64,000 nucleotides of DNA from a virus: positions 1 to 64,000 of the IMG/VR virus record IMGVR_UViG_3300049215_000481; one strand, written 5' to 3'. Shown here piece by piece: positions 26,057 to 34,652 of this stretch. A program made the translations under genes and the position numbers. The stretch's first letter is position 1. Every line of letters starts with the position of its first letter. The notes beneath the pieces were generated by a model that saw only the letters and a program-made list of their open reading frames with translations, did no database searches and was not told the origin of the DNA.

Positions 26057-27541
26057 ATGAACCTCTCTCCTCTGACCCGCAGCGCACTCCAGGCCGTCAC
26101 GCGCATCGACGGCTACAAGCTGGACCACCGGCGGCAGTACCCGAAGAACACCACCCGCGTCTACTCCAACTGGACCCCGCGCGGCACCCGCGTCGAGGGC
26201 CAGAAGAAGGTCGTCGCCCTCGGCACCCCGTTCCTGGTCCAGAAGTACCTGGTCGAGGACTTCGAGCCGTTCTTCGCGGCCAACATCGACGAGGTGTGCG
26301 CGGCCTACGAGGCCCGCGTCAACGGCTACCTCGGCCCGAACTCGATCGGCTCGGACCACATCCGCGCGCTGCACGCCCTCGGCTACCTGCCGCTGGAGAT
26401 CCGCGCGCTGCCCGAGGGCACGCACGTCCCGCTGCGCATCCCGATGGTGACGGTCGAGAACACGCACGACGACTTCGCGTGGCTCGTGAACTACTTCGAG
26501 ACGCTCATTTCGAGCGTGCTCTGGATGCCGTCGACGTCGGCCACCTCCGCGCTCCGCGTGCGTGAGGTCCTGGAGGACGGCGCGCGTCTCACCGGCTCAC
26601 CGCTCGGGTTCGTCGACTGGCAGGGGCACGACTTCTCGTTCCGCGGCATGCTGCTGCCCGAGGGCGCGGCGCTGTCGGGCGTCGGCCACCTGCTCTTCTT
26701 CACGGGCACCGACACGCTGCCCGCGATCGACCTCATCGAGCAGTACTACGGCGTCCCCGAGGGCTACCTCATCGCCGGCTCCGTCGCCGCGACCGAGCAC
26801 TCGGTCATGTGCGCTGGCGGCAAGGAGGACGAGCGCGCGACGTTCGAGCGCCTGCTGGAGCTGTACCCAGAGGGGATCGTCTCGGTCGTCTCGGACACGT
26901 GGGACCTCTGGAAGGTCCTCACCGAGATCCTGCCGTCGCTCAAGGACCGCATCATGGCCCGCAACGGCAAGCTCGTCATCCGCCCCGACTCGGGCAACCC
27001 CGCGGACATCGTCTGTGGTGACCCGAACGCGCCCGAGGGTTCGCCCGCTCGCAAGGGCGTCATTGAGCTGCTCTGGGAGACGTTCGGCGGCACAAAGACG
27101 GACCTCGGCTTCAAGGTGCTCGACTCACACATCGGCTGCATCTACGGCGACGCCATCACCCGCGACCGCGCCAAGGAGATCATCGAGCGCCTCGCGGCCA
27201 AGGGCTTCGCGTCCTGCAACATGGTGTTCGGCGTCGGCTCGTTCACCTACCAGTTCGTCACGCGCGACACCTACTCCTTCGCGATGAAGGCGACGTGGGC
27301 CATGGTCGACGGCGAGGGCCGCGACCTGTTCAAGTCGCCCATCACTGACAAGGGCGAGAAGAAGAGCGCCAAGGGTCGCCTCGCGGTCCTGCGCGACGAG
27401 AACGGCGAGCTGTACCTCGTCGAAGGCGCGACGCCCGAGCAGGAGGCCGCGTCGCTCCTCCGCGTCGTTTGGCGCAACGGCCAGTTCCTCGTGCGCGAGA
27501 CGTTCGACGTCATCCGCGCCCGCGCGCAGTCCGAGCGCTGA
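26057..27541 (+). CDS. nadV: nicotinamide phosphoribosyltransferase-like protein (probable Namat of NARP1)
   Basis: DGYKLDHRRQYP, HDFSFRG, GTDT, ATEHSVM, SVVSDTWD, IRPDSG, IYGDAIT, KKSAKG. Confidence 0.95.
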   Translation: MNLSPLTRSALQAVTRIDGYKLDHRRQYPKNTTRVYSNWTPRGTRVEGQKKVVALGTPFLVQKYLVEDFEPFFAANIDEVCAAYEARVNGYLGPNSIGSDHIRALHALGYLPLEIRALPEGTHVPLRIPMVTVENTHDDFAWLVNYFETLISSVLWMPSTSATSALRVREVLEDGARLTGSPLGFVDWQGHDFSFRGMLLPEGAALSGVGHLLFFTGTDTLPAIDLIEQYYGVPEGYLIAGSVAATEHSVMCAGGKEDERATFERLLELYPEGIVSVVSDTWDLWKVLTEILPSLKDRIMARNGKLVIRPDSGNPADIVCGDPNAPEGSPARKGVIELLWETFGGTKTDLGFKVLDSHIGCIYGDAITRDRAKEIIERLAAKGFASCNMVFGVGSFTYQFVTRDTYSFAMKATWAMVDGEGRDLFKSPITDKGEKKSAKGRLAVLRDENGELYLVEGATPEQEAASLLRVVWRNGQFLVRETFDVIRARAQSER

Positions 27542-27547
27542 GCGGCC

Positions 27548-28012
27548 ATGCACCGGCCACTCGACCAAGAGCCCGAGATCGTCGTCAACGGCGTGCGCCT
27601 CTCGCGCGCGCAGGCGAAGGCGGTCCGGGTGGCGGTGACGGACTTCAACGCCCAGATGACGACCCCACACGCTGCCGAGTGTCTGGGGTCGCCGCTGGCG
27701 TCCGCGTACCTGGACCGTACGAACGAAGTCATCGGCCTCATGCTCGCGCCTCGGGTGGAGACGTCGATCCCACACCCGAAGATCTCGGTCTTCTTCAACG
27801 AGATGGGTGCCTCGTTCATCGTGCAGCAGGACATCACGCTCACGAACGAGCAGATGCTGGACCTCAGCGACCACGTCAGCCGCTTCAAGGCGCCGCCGCA
27901 CCTCGTGGACAAGGTGGCGCTGCAGGAGGCTGTCGACGCGTGGGGGCGGCGCCTCGTCGCGAACAACCACATCGAGCTGGACTACATCACGGGCAAGTGG
28001 GTGCAGAGATGA
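27548..28012 (+). CDS. hypothetical protein
   Basis: ORF track, high GC3. Confidence 0.7.
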   Translation: MHRPLDQEPEIVVNGVRLSRAQAKAVRVAVTDFNAQMTTPHAAECLGSPLASAYLDRTNEVIGLMLAPRVETSIPHPKISVFFNEMGASFIVQQDITLTNEQMLDLSDHVSRFKAPPHLVDKVALQEAVDAWGRRLVANNHIELDYITGKWVQR

Positions 28013-28574
28013 GCTGTCGACACGACCTGGCCAACGGAACCTGCAGCGTCTGCTACCCGGCGACCGGAGTGGTCAACCCGGGCCCCGAAGAGGCATGCCC
28101 GGACAACCTCGATGGCCCAGGCGCGGTTCCGCGGCAGTTCGGCGCGTGCAAGACGGTCAGCCGCCGGGTCGCGCCTCCCCCCCGCCGGTCGGCGGACAGG
28201 AGTTCGACGAGGTCGGACGCGGCTACTGGAACTGCCCGGGGCTGGACCACGTCGGCTCGTCCAGCGACACCGACGTCGAGGACCCGCACGAGTTCCGCGA
28301 GCCGTCCACCAAGGCCGAAGCTAATCTCCTCTCGTCACTGTGCGCGGACGGCCTACACCGTCCCGTGCTCGACATCGACATCCCGGCCCACTTCGTCCCG
28401 AGCAGCACGCCGGGGCACGCCCACCTCTACATCGACCAGGGCATGACCTGGGAGCGCTACGAGAAGCTCCTGCGCGCGCTCGACGAGGCAGGCGTCCTGG
28501 AGCCCGGCTACGTGAACGCAGCGCTCACGCGCAAGGCGACGTTCGTGCGTCCCGAGTGGGTCCGCAAGGCCTAG
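28009..28574 (+). CDS. hypothetical protein, frameshifted at C7 run (28177-28183)
   Basis: MSCRHDLANG...RVAPP joins PVGGQEFDE...HRPVLDID...SSTPGHAHLYID in another frame. Confidence 0.55.
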
Positions 28575-28612
28575 CCGGACTTTCGCTATCGGTCTCTTAG
28601 GAGGTCGACAGC

Positions 28613-29020
28613 ATGTGCTCCCCCAACACGCCACACACCGAAGTCGTCCAGCGCAAGGCCGAGGAGGCCCTGCTCAAGATGGCGCGCTACCTCTGCGGCA
28701 GCGCCAAGCCGTGCGAGAAACACGCGAACCAGGCGAAGGACCTCTTCGCCATGGCCGCCCAGACGTTCCGAGTCGAGCAGCCGGACGCGTCGGTGCACGT
28801 ACCGACACCTCCGCCGGCCACCGAGATCACTCCCGAGGAAATCGAGCGCTCCTGCGCGATGAAGACGCGCTACCGCTCGCCGGAGGCCGCCGGCCGCGCC
28901 GCGCAGACCGCGTACAACGAGCGTGGCGTCACGGGGCTGCGGGTGTACCCCTGCCCCATCTGCAGTGGATTCCACCTCACCAAGGAGTCGCTGGAGACGT
29001 ACATCAGCGGTCGCGGCTGA
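28613..29020 (+). CDS. protein with C-terminal Zn finger
   Basis: C..K.RY....A...LRVYPCPICSGFHLT. Confidence 0.7.
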   Translation: MCSPNTPHTEVVQRKAEEALLKMARYLCGSAKPCEKHANQAKDLFAMAAQTFRVEQPDASVHVPTPPPATEITPEEIERSCAMKTRYRSPEAAGRAAQTAYNERGVTGLRVYPCPICSGFHLTKESLETYISGRG

Positions 29021-29234
29021 GGGCGGCAGCCGCCTCAAGCACACCGTGCCCCTTGCAGGTCGGGCACTGAGCGACGTGGTCGGACTCGATGCAGTACTCG
29101 CACATGAGCCTACCTGCGACCGCCGGATTCTTGCAGCCGGTCTGGCCCTTGTGCAGGCACATGCACGGGGCCACCGGCTCCTGCTTCAGCGCCTCTTGGT
29201 TGTACTGGCGGTGCTTCTCGTCTCCCAATGCCAT
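29004..29234 (-). CDS. small Cys-rich protein
   Basis: ATG 9 nt after motif; CEYC, CPTCKGHG. Confidence 0.6.
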   Translation of the reverse strand: MALGDEKHRQYNQEALKQEPVAPCMCLHKGQTGCKNPAVAGRLMCEYCIESDHVAQCPTCKGHGVLEAAAALSRDR

Positions 29235-29256
29235 CGGAGACATATAGCGAATCTCG

Positions 29257-30444
29257 CTAGTTCAGCGGCGCGGCGACGTCGTTCGCGGGAGCAACCAGGT
29301 TGACCTGGACGCGTCCGCGGTCGACGTCGTTGAAGGAGTCGGGGCGGAGGTGGGCGTAGCGCTCCGTGATCGTGACGCTGGAGTGGCCCATCATCTCGCA
29401 GAGCTTCTCCAGCGAGCCGCCGGCCAGGACCCACTGGGAGGCGAACGTGTGGCGCGTCGCCTGGTACCAGGTCATCTCGTCGAGCTGCAGGCGCTCCAGC
29501 ACCTCTTCGAGCGCGTCGGCAATGACGTGGCGATTGAGAAAGGGCGTGGTCTGGCGCGAGGAGATGGACGGGCACACGAGCCCATGGCCGCCGCAGCGAG
29601 CGCGGTACGCGAGCAGGAGAGGCGCCAGGCTGTCGAAGAGCGGCACCACCCGGCTCTCGCCGTCCTTCAGGGGCGCGAAGCCGTCGTCGGTCCGCTCGCG
29701 GCCAGTCGTGCGCTCACATTGGACCTGGACGTGGATCTCCTTCCGCTCGAACGAGATGTCGGACCAGCGGAGCCCGAGGACCTCTCCCGTGCGAAGCCCG
29801 GCGAGGGCCCCGAGAGCGTAGGCGACCGCGATGACCTCGTGCTGCTCCAGCAGCGCCCGGTAGACGCGCTCGACGTCCTGGGGCGTGCGGATGAAGGGGA
29901 CCTTCCGCGGGTCGTGCTCCGAGCGCAGGTACTTCTCGCGCGTGGCCTTCGACAGGAGCTTCACCGGGTTCAGACGAGCCACGCCGTCCTCGACCAGGTC
30001 CGAGTACAGGGACGACAGCAAGCTGATGCAGAGGTTCGCCGTGGACTTCGACAACCCCTTCGCGAGCAGGCCCTTGATGAGCTGCTTCAGCTCTGGAACG
30101 CCGACCTGGTTCGGGCTGTAGGAGCCGACCTCGGACGCCAGATGCAGGTTCCAGCGGTTCCTGTCGTCGTAGGCTGACGCGTTCGTCCGCAAGGCCAGCC
30201 ACGCCTCGGCGTGGGCCTTGAGCGGCCGGCTGGGCTCGCGCTCGGTGACGACCAGGCCGACCTCGCCGCGGATGACGTTCGCCGTGACCTGCGCCAGCGT
30301 CTGCTTGGCCAGCTCCTCCGACGGGAAGCTCTTCGTCTTCCTGGTGCCGTCCAGCTCCGTCCACTGGATGATGTGGCGGTTCCCGCGGGCGTAGTACGTG
30401 CCGGCGCCATGGGTCCTGCGGTGGGTCTTTTTCTTCCGAGCCAT
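29257..30444 (-). CDS. tyrosine recombinase/integrase 2
   Basis: HGAGTY N-terminus; GLRTGEVLGLRWSDI, RHTFAS, MGHSSVTITERYAHL. Confidence 0.95.
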   Translation of the reverse strand: MARKKKTHRRTHGAGTYYARGNRHIIQWTELDGTRKTKSFPSEELAKQTLAQVTANVIRGEVGLVVTEREPSRPLKAHAEAWLALRTNASAYDDRNRWNLHLASEVGSYSPNQVGVPELKQLIKGLLAKGLSKSTANLCISLLSSLYSDLVEDGVARLNPVKLLSKATREKYLRSEHDPRKVPFIRTPQDVERVYRALLEQHEVIAVAYALGALAGLRTGEVLGLRWSDISFERKEIHVQVQCERTTGRERTDDGFAPLKDGESRVVPLFDSLAPLLLAYRARCGGHGLVCPSISSRQTTPFLNRHVIADALEEVLERLQLDEMTWYQATRHTFASQWVLAGGSLEKLCEMMGHSSVTITERYAHLRPDSFNDVDRGRVQVNLVAPANDVAAPLN

Positions 30445-30450
30445 GGACCC

Positions 30451-30479
30451 ACTATATGGGCACTCGCCGGGGTAGTCAA
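30451..30479 (-). promoter_or_regulatory. sigma70 promoter TTGACT-17-TATAGT-6-ATG (leaderless integrase 2 mRNA)
   Basis: Near-consensus; +1 predicted at ATG 30444. Confidence 0.85.
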
Positions 30480-30559
30480 GGGGGTCGTTCCAGGCCGCAC
30501 CTAATCTTCTGGGGGACCGTTCCAACCAACCTCAACCCAGAAAGAAAGGACTCCCGGTC

Positions 30560-31045
30560 ATGTCGAAAGAAATCATCTCCCAGGGCAATCCGTTCGCAGT
30601 CGAGTTCCGTGACCGCGAGTTCGGCAAGGGCGCTTCCAAGAGCGTCATCAACGCAGACGAGACGGGCCTCAAGCTCGGTGGCCGCACGGTCCTCGGCGAC
30701 CCGTCGGTCTCGGTCGGCGCTCTCACCGCCAACAAGGTGCAGGTCACGTTCCAGCTCAACGACTGCCTCGGCAACCCCCACCTCGCGGTGCGCCGCGTGT
30801 TCGTGTGGGTGAGCGCGACGCCGGGTGCGACCTCGGTCGGCACCTCGACGACCGGCCTGACGACCTCGGTCGACACGGGCGTGGCCATCACGGCGGTGTC
30901 GGGCAACCTGACGGTCGACTGTCTCACGGACGCGACCGGCAAGCTGGTCATCGGCCTGACGGATGCGGCCGGTGCGGAGACGCGCTACGTGAACTTCGCG
31001 GTCGACGACAAGATCTTCTCCAGCGCCGCGGTCGTCACCTCGTAA
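30560..31045 (+). CDS. putative virion protein (beta-rich)
   Basis: Thr/Val-rich, AAGGA SD, late motif upstream, own terminator. Confidence 0.7.
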   Translation: MSKEIISQGNPFAVEFRDREFGKGASKSVINADETGLKLGGRTVLGDPSVSVGALTANKVQVTFQLNDCLGNPHLAVRRVFVWVSATPGATSVGTSTTGLTTSVDTGVAITAVSGNLTVDCLTDATGKLVIGLTDAAGAETRYVNFAVDDKIFSSAAVVTS

Positions 31046-31078
31046 TTTCCTCTCTCGCTTAGCTTAGCTGATTGGCTG

Positions 31079-31117
31079 ACGCCCCGGCACCGAGAGGTGA
31101 CCGGGGCGTTTGCGTTT
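31079..31117. terminator. hairpin terminator between convergent genes
   Basis: ACGCCCCGG-CAC-CGAGAG-GTG-A-CCGGGGCGT followed by TTGCGTTT. Confidence 0.8.
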
Positions 31118-31425
31118 CAGGACGTCCTCAGCTTCGACATCAATTTGAGCGCTGCAGCGGCGCCGTCCTTGGCGCGCACCTTCTTGATTCGCTCGCGCTC
31201 CGCGCCTTTGAAAGAGTGCAGGCGGCCGATGTACTTCCCGTGAAGTGAGGCCGCCGCACTCGGCGCGTTTTTCTTCTTCATCGGCACCTTCTTTGACGCC
31301 GCCGGTCCGTTGATGAGCGCCTCCAGCGCGTTCCGTGCACTTTGTCTCGATTCGACCTCCATGAGAGCGCCGAGGTCACCCACGAACTTCTCCACTAGGT
31401 CTCTGAGTTGCTTTGAGGTCTCCAT
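31117..31425 (-). CDS. small basic nucleoid-associated-like protein
   Basis: LRDLVEKFVGDL helix + Lys-rich linker + LHGKYIGRL...IKKVRAKDGAAAA; resembles myxobacterial small DNA-binding proteins (recall). Confidence 0.6.
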   Translation of the reverse strand: METSKQLRDLVEKFVGDLGALMEVESRQSARNALEALINGPAASKKVPMKKKNAPSAAASLHGKYIGRLHSFKGAERERIKKVRAKDGAAAALKLMSKLRTS

Positions 31426-31471
31426 GTGGCGGAGCGTACCTTAGCTCCCAACGGCCCGCAATCTTGAGCAC

Positions 31472-33997
31472 ATGGCGACCCAAGTGCCGGGCCCTGTGAC
31501 CCCGGGTGCGTTGTTCGATCTGGCCCGCGCGAATGAACTCGCGCCTGGGCAGGAGACGGACAAGACCTGGTACCGCGAGCCCACCATCGCGGGTGCCAAG
31601 TGGAACCAGCTCTTCCCGTACCAGCTCATCGTCGTCGATCGCCAGGCCGACGGCACGTACGTGCGGCGCCGCGAGAAGGGCTGGACCTACACACTGCCGA
31701 TGTCGCCCGAGTCGCTCTCGATCGAGATGCCGTTCGCGATCACGACGTCGGTCACGATGGGCGGCTACGTCGAGCACCACAACGGCACGCCCATCCGCAT
31801 GCTGCAGCTCTCGGGCACCTTCGGCGTGTTCTTCGGCCGCGGTGAGGCCAAGGTGCCCCCGCAGTTGACGTTCGCCGAGTCCATCCTGGGCGGCACCATC
31901 TCCGCCTTCCAGAGCACTCTGCAGGCCGCGCGAGACATCCCAAGCGCGTACACGGGCAAGGAGTACAACACCAACTCCGCCGACGCGAACTCGTTCGACT
32001 CGGGCCAGGCCAACGAGAAGGCCACCGGCTACTTCCAGGCTCGCCTGCTGCAGGCGTTCTTCGACTCCTACGCCGAGTTCAAGAAGACGAAGGCCGGGCG
32101 CAACTCGCGCCTGGCATTCGCCATCTGGAAGCAGGAGGCCGTCTACCTCGTGCAGCCCATCGACTACCGGGCCACGCAGTCGGCTGACAGTCCGCTGGAG
32201 TACCGCTACTCGCTCACCCTGAAGGCGACCAAGCGCGTGAAGCTCACCCAGGGCGCGATGGACATCGCCGTCCCGTACGTGCCCGTGCAGCGCGACCCGG
32301 GCAAGCTGGCCAAGCTCCTCGCGACGGTCACGCAGGCTCGGCAGGTCCTCCAGAACGCCCGCAAGACGATCATCGCCATCGGCGGCGACGTCGAGCACTC
32401 GCTATTCGAGCCGATGCGCGAGCTGTCCATGTTCGCCAAGGACGCGCTGGCGGTCCCGCTCTCGATCGCGGACCTCGGCGACAGCCTCGTCCAGTCGACG
32501 CGCACCGCAGTGATGGACCTGGCCCAGACTCGCAACGACATCACCCACTTCCCGCAGAACATCCGCGGCGCCTACGGGTCGTACACGAAGGACCTCAAGG
32601 ACTCGTACGAGTCCATCCGCCAGTTCAACGCAGAGCGGAGTGACGACGACGGCAGGGACGACCCGACCCGCAGTGCGGACGCGGCGACGAGCAGCCGCAA
32701 CGCTCACCCGGCCAACAACCCGTTCCTGAACCCGTCTGACAACTTCTCGTTCTTCTCGACCATCAGCGTGGGTGACCTGCACCTGCCTCCCGCGACGATG
32801 ACGAAGATCGCGGCTGAGCGCGAGCGGGTCCGCAACCTGACCAGGGCCGACTTCGAGGCGCGCCGCAACGCCATCAGCGCCGTCACGGCGAACTTCGCCA
32901 ACGCCATCGGCCTCGGCTCCTCGACGTACAACGCCACGTACAACATCACGGCGCCGACCAACCAGGCTGTCACGCGCGCAACCGACGAGGACTTCGAGGC
33001 GCTCTTCGCGCTCAACGCCCTCATCATGGAGATGAACCGCCTCGTGGTCACGACTGACCGCGAGCCGCGCGCCCTCATCGACGCCATCGCGTCCGTCGCC
33101 GGCATGGCCTCTCGCTCGGGCATCGCCTTCCAGATGCCGCGCTCGAAGTACGCCGTGCCCTTCCCGTACGGCAGCACGCTGGAGATGCTCTCCACCCTGT
33201 ACCTGGGCACCCCGGACCGCTGGCACGAGATCGCGGCCCTCAACGGGCTTCAGGCTCCTTACGTCGACGAGCAGGGCTTCGAGCTGCCGCTGCTGACCAC
33301 CGGCGCCGGCAACACGCTCCTCGTCGAGGACGCGTCTCAGCTCTTCGTCGGTCAGCCCGTGTGGGTCGAGTCGATCGGGAAGCTCCGCAGTAAGCGCCGC
33401 GTGACGAAGATCGACCACCTGTCGGCCGACCAACACCTCATCACGGTCGACGGCCCCGCCGACCTCGACGGCTACTCGCCGCAGTCGTTGGCGAAGCTGA
33501 TCGCGTTCCTCCCGAACACGGTCAACTCCCAGATGCTCATCTACATCCCGAGCAGCATCGAGCCGAAGGACGGCGACTTCCAGACGAAGTCCATCCCGGG
33601 CGTCGACGAGTTCGACCGTCTCATCGCAGTGGGCGGCGTGGACCTCCTGCTCGACCAGAAGAACGACCTCATCATCACTCCGGACGGCGACGCGCGCTGG
33701 GCGGTCGGCCTCACGAACATCATCCAGAAGGTGCGCCTCGCACTCTCAGTGCGCCAGGGGACGCTCAACCGTCACCCGGAGTACGGCCTTCCGCTCGTCG
33801 TGGGCCAGAGTATCGCCGACACGGACGCGGTCGACATCGCGAAGGCGGTGCAGAGCATGGTCGCCGGTGACCCGACCTTCACCGGCGTGAGGGGCGCGAC
33901 GGTCAACATCACAGGTCCGGTGGCGCGTCTCGCGTTCGGCGTCGAGGTGTCCGGCGTCTCACAAGTCATCCCGGTGTCCATCGACGTGAAGCAGTAG
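31472..33997 (+). CDS. baseplate hub/wedge protein (LysM-like segment, C-terminal gp25-like domain)
   Basis: TLEMLSTLYLGTPDRWHEIAALNGL; NIIQKVRLALSVRQGTLNRHPEYG; precedes baseplate J. Confidence 0.75.
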   Translation: MATQVPGPVTPGALFDLARANELAPGQETDKTWYREPTIAGAKWNQLFPYQLIVVDRQADGTYVRRREKGWTYTLPMSPESLSIEMPFAITTSVTMGGYVEHHNGTPIRMLQLSGTFGVFFGRGEAKVPPQLTFAESILGGTISAFQSTLQAARDIPSAYTGKEYNTNSADANSFDSGQANEKATGYFQARLLQAFFDSYAEFKKTKAGRNSRLAFAIWKQEAVYLVQPIDYRATQSADSPLEYRYSLTLKATKRVKLTQGAMDIAVPYVPVQRDPGKLAKLLATVTQARQVLQNARKTIIAIGGDVEHSLFEPMRELSMFAKDALAVPLSIADLGDSLVQSTRTAVMDLAQTRNDITHFPQNIRGAYGSYTKDLKDSYESIRQFNAERSDDDGRDDPTRSADAATSSRNAHPANNPFLNPSDNFSFFSTISVGDLHLPPATMTKIAAERERVRNLTRADFEARRNAISAVTANFANAIGLGSSTYNATYNITAPTNQAVTRATDEDFEALFALNALIMEMNRLVVTTDREPRALIDAIASVAGMASRSGIAFQMPRSKYAVPFPYGSTLEMLSTLYLGTPDRWHEIAALNGLQAPYVDEQGFELPLLTTGAGNTLLVEDASQLFVGQPVWVESIGKLRSKRRVTKIDHLSADQHLITVDGPADLDGYSPQSLAKLIAFLPNTVNSQMLIYIPSSIEPKDGDFQTKSIPGVDEFDRLIAVGGVDLLLDQKNDLIITPDGDARWAVGLTNIIQKVRLALSVRQGTLNRHPEYGLPLVVGQSIADTDAVDIAKAVQSMVAGDPTFTGVRGATVNITGPVARLAFGVEVSGVSQVIPVSIDVKQ

Positions 33998-34052
33998 TAG
34001 AGCTTCTAAGACCCCCGCGGAATCACATTCTTCGCGTCACAATCTTTATCGT

Positions 34053-34652
34053 GTGCCGCCTAGTAAGTTCGGTTGGAAGTTCAAGGATCTGTCTGGCCAG
34101 CAGTTCGGCCGCCTAACAGTCCTCGCAGAGTGCGGAAGAGACGCTCACGGCAATGTGCGCTGGAAGTGTCACTGCTCGTGCGGCGAGATCAAGGTCATCT
34201 CAGGCGCCAGCCTGAGGCGCGGTCTGACCCGCTCTTGTGGTTGTTTCATCGGAGACTCGCATCGTGAGCGTGCCCAGCTCAAGCACGAAGAGAGCGGAGG
34301 CAGGACTGGGGCGTTCAGACTGCTCGTAAATCAGTACAGGTCTGACGCACGAGATCGCGGACACGCCTGGGAGCTTTCCGACGATCTGGTCGCATCCCTT
34401 ACCTCGGGATGTTGTCGATACTGCGGGAAACCGCCGTCGCAGACTATCAAGTCGCGCAAGCGTCTCTACATCTACAACGGCATCGATCGGGTAGACAACC
34501 GCGTTGGTTACGTACCTGGGAACGTGGTTCCGTGTTGTGGACCATGCAACCGAATGAAGCGAGACATGAGCGCGGACGAGTTCTTCTCGCTGGTATCCGC
34601 CATCTACGAGCATTCGGCCCGGCCGCAATCTTTGGCCATGAACCATGGCTGA
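34053..34652 (+). CDS. HNH homing endonuclease
   Basis: DLSGQQFGRLTV..WKCHCSCG..; CRYCG...NGIDRVDNRVGY..GNVVPCCGPCNRMK; lower GC. Confidence 0.9.
   Translation: MPPSKFGWKFKDLSGQQFGRLTVLAECGRDAHGNVRWKCHCSCGEIKVISGASLRRGLTRSCGCFIGDSHRERAQLKHEESGGRTGAFRLLVNQYRSDARDRGHAWELSDDLVASLTSGCCRYCGKPPSQTIKSRKRLYIYNGIDRVDNRVGYVPGNVVPCCGPCNRMKRDMSADEFFSLVSAIYEHSARPQSLAMNHG

Larger units (their letters stand above)
16082..28589 (+). promoter_or_regulatory. 14 copies of phage-specific motif (GA)TTCGCTAT-N9-[ATG or SD]
   Basis: TTCGCTAT begins at 16082, 17142, 17278, 17733, 18216, 18817, 19858, 20810, 21382, 22091, 23024, 24669, 25196, 28582. Confidence 0.85.

Noticed and set aside
32398-32405. CTCGCTAT as another promoter copy
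   Set aside because: Mismatched, mid-gene, and no ATG or SD at +10
34053-34652. Group I intron carrying the HNH
   Set aside because: Flanking genes end and start intact, and there is no room for an intron core
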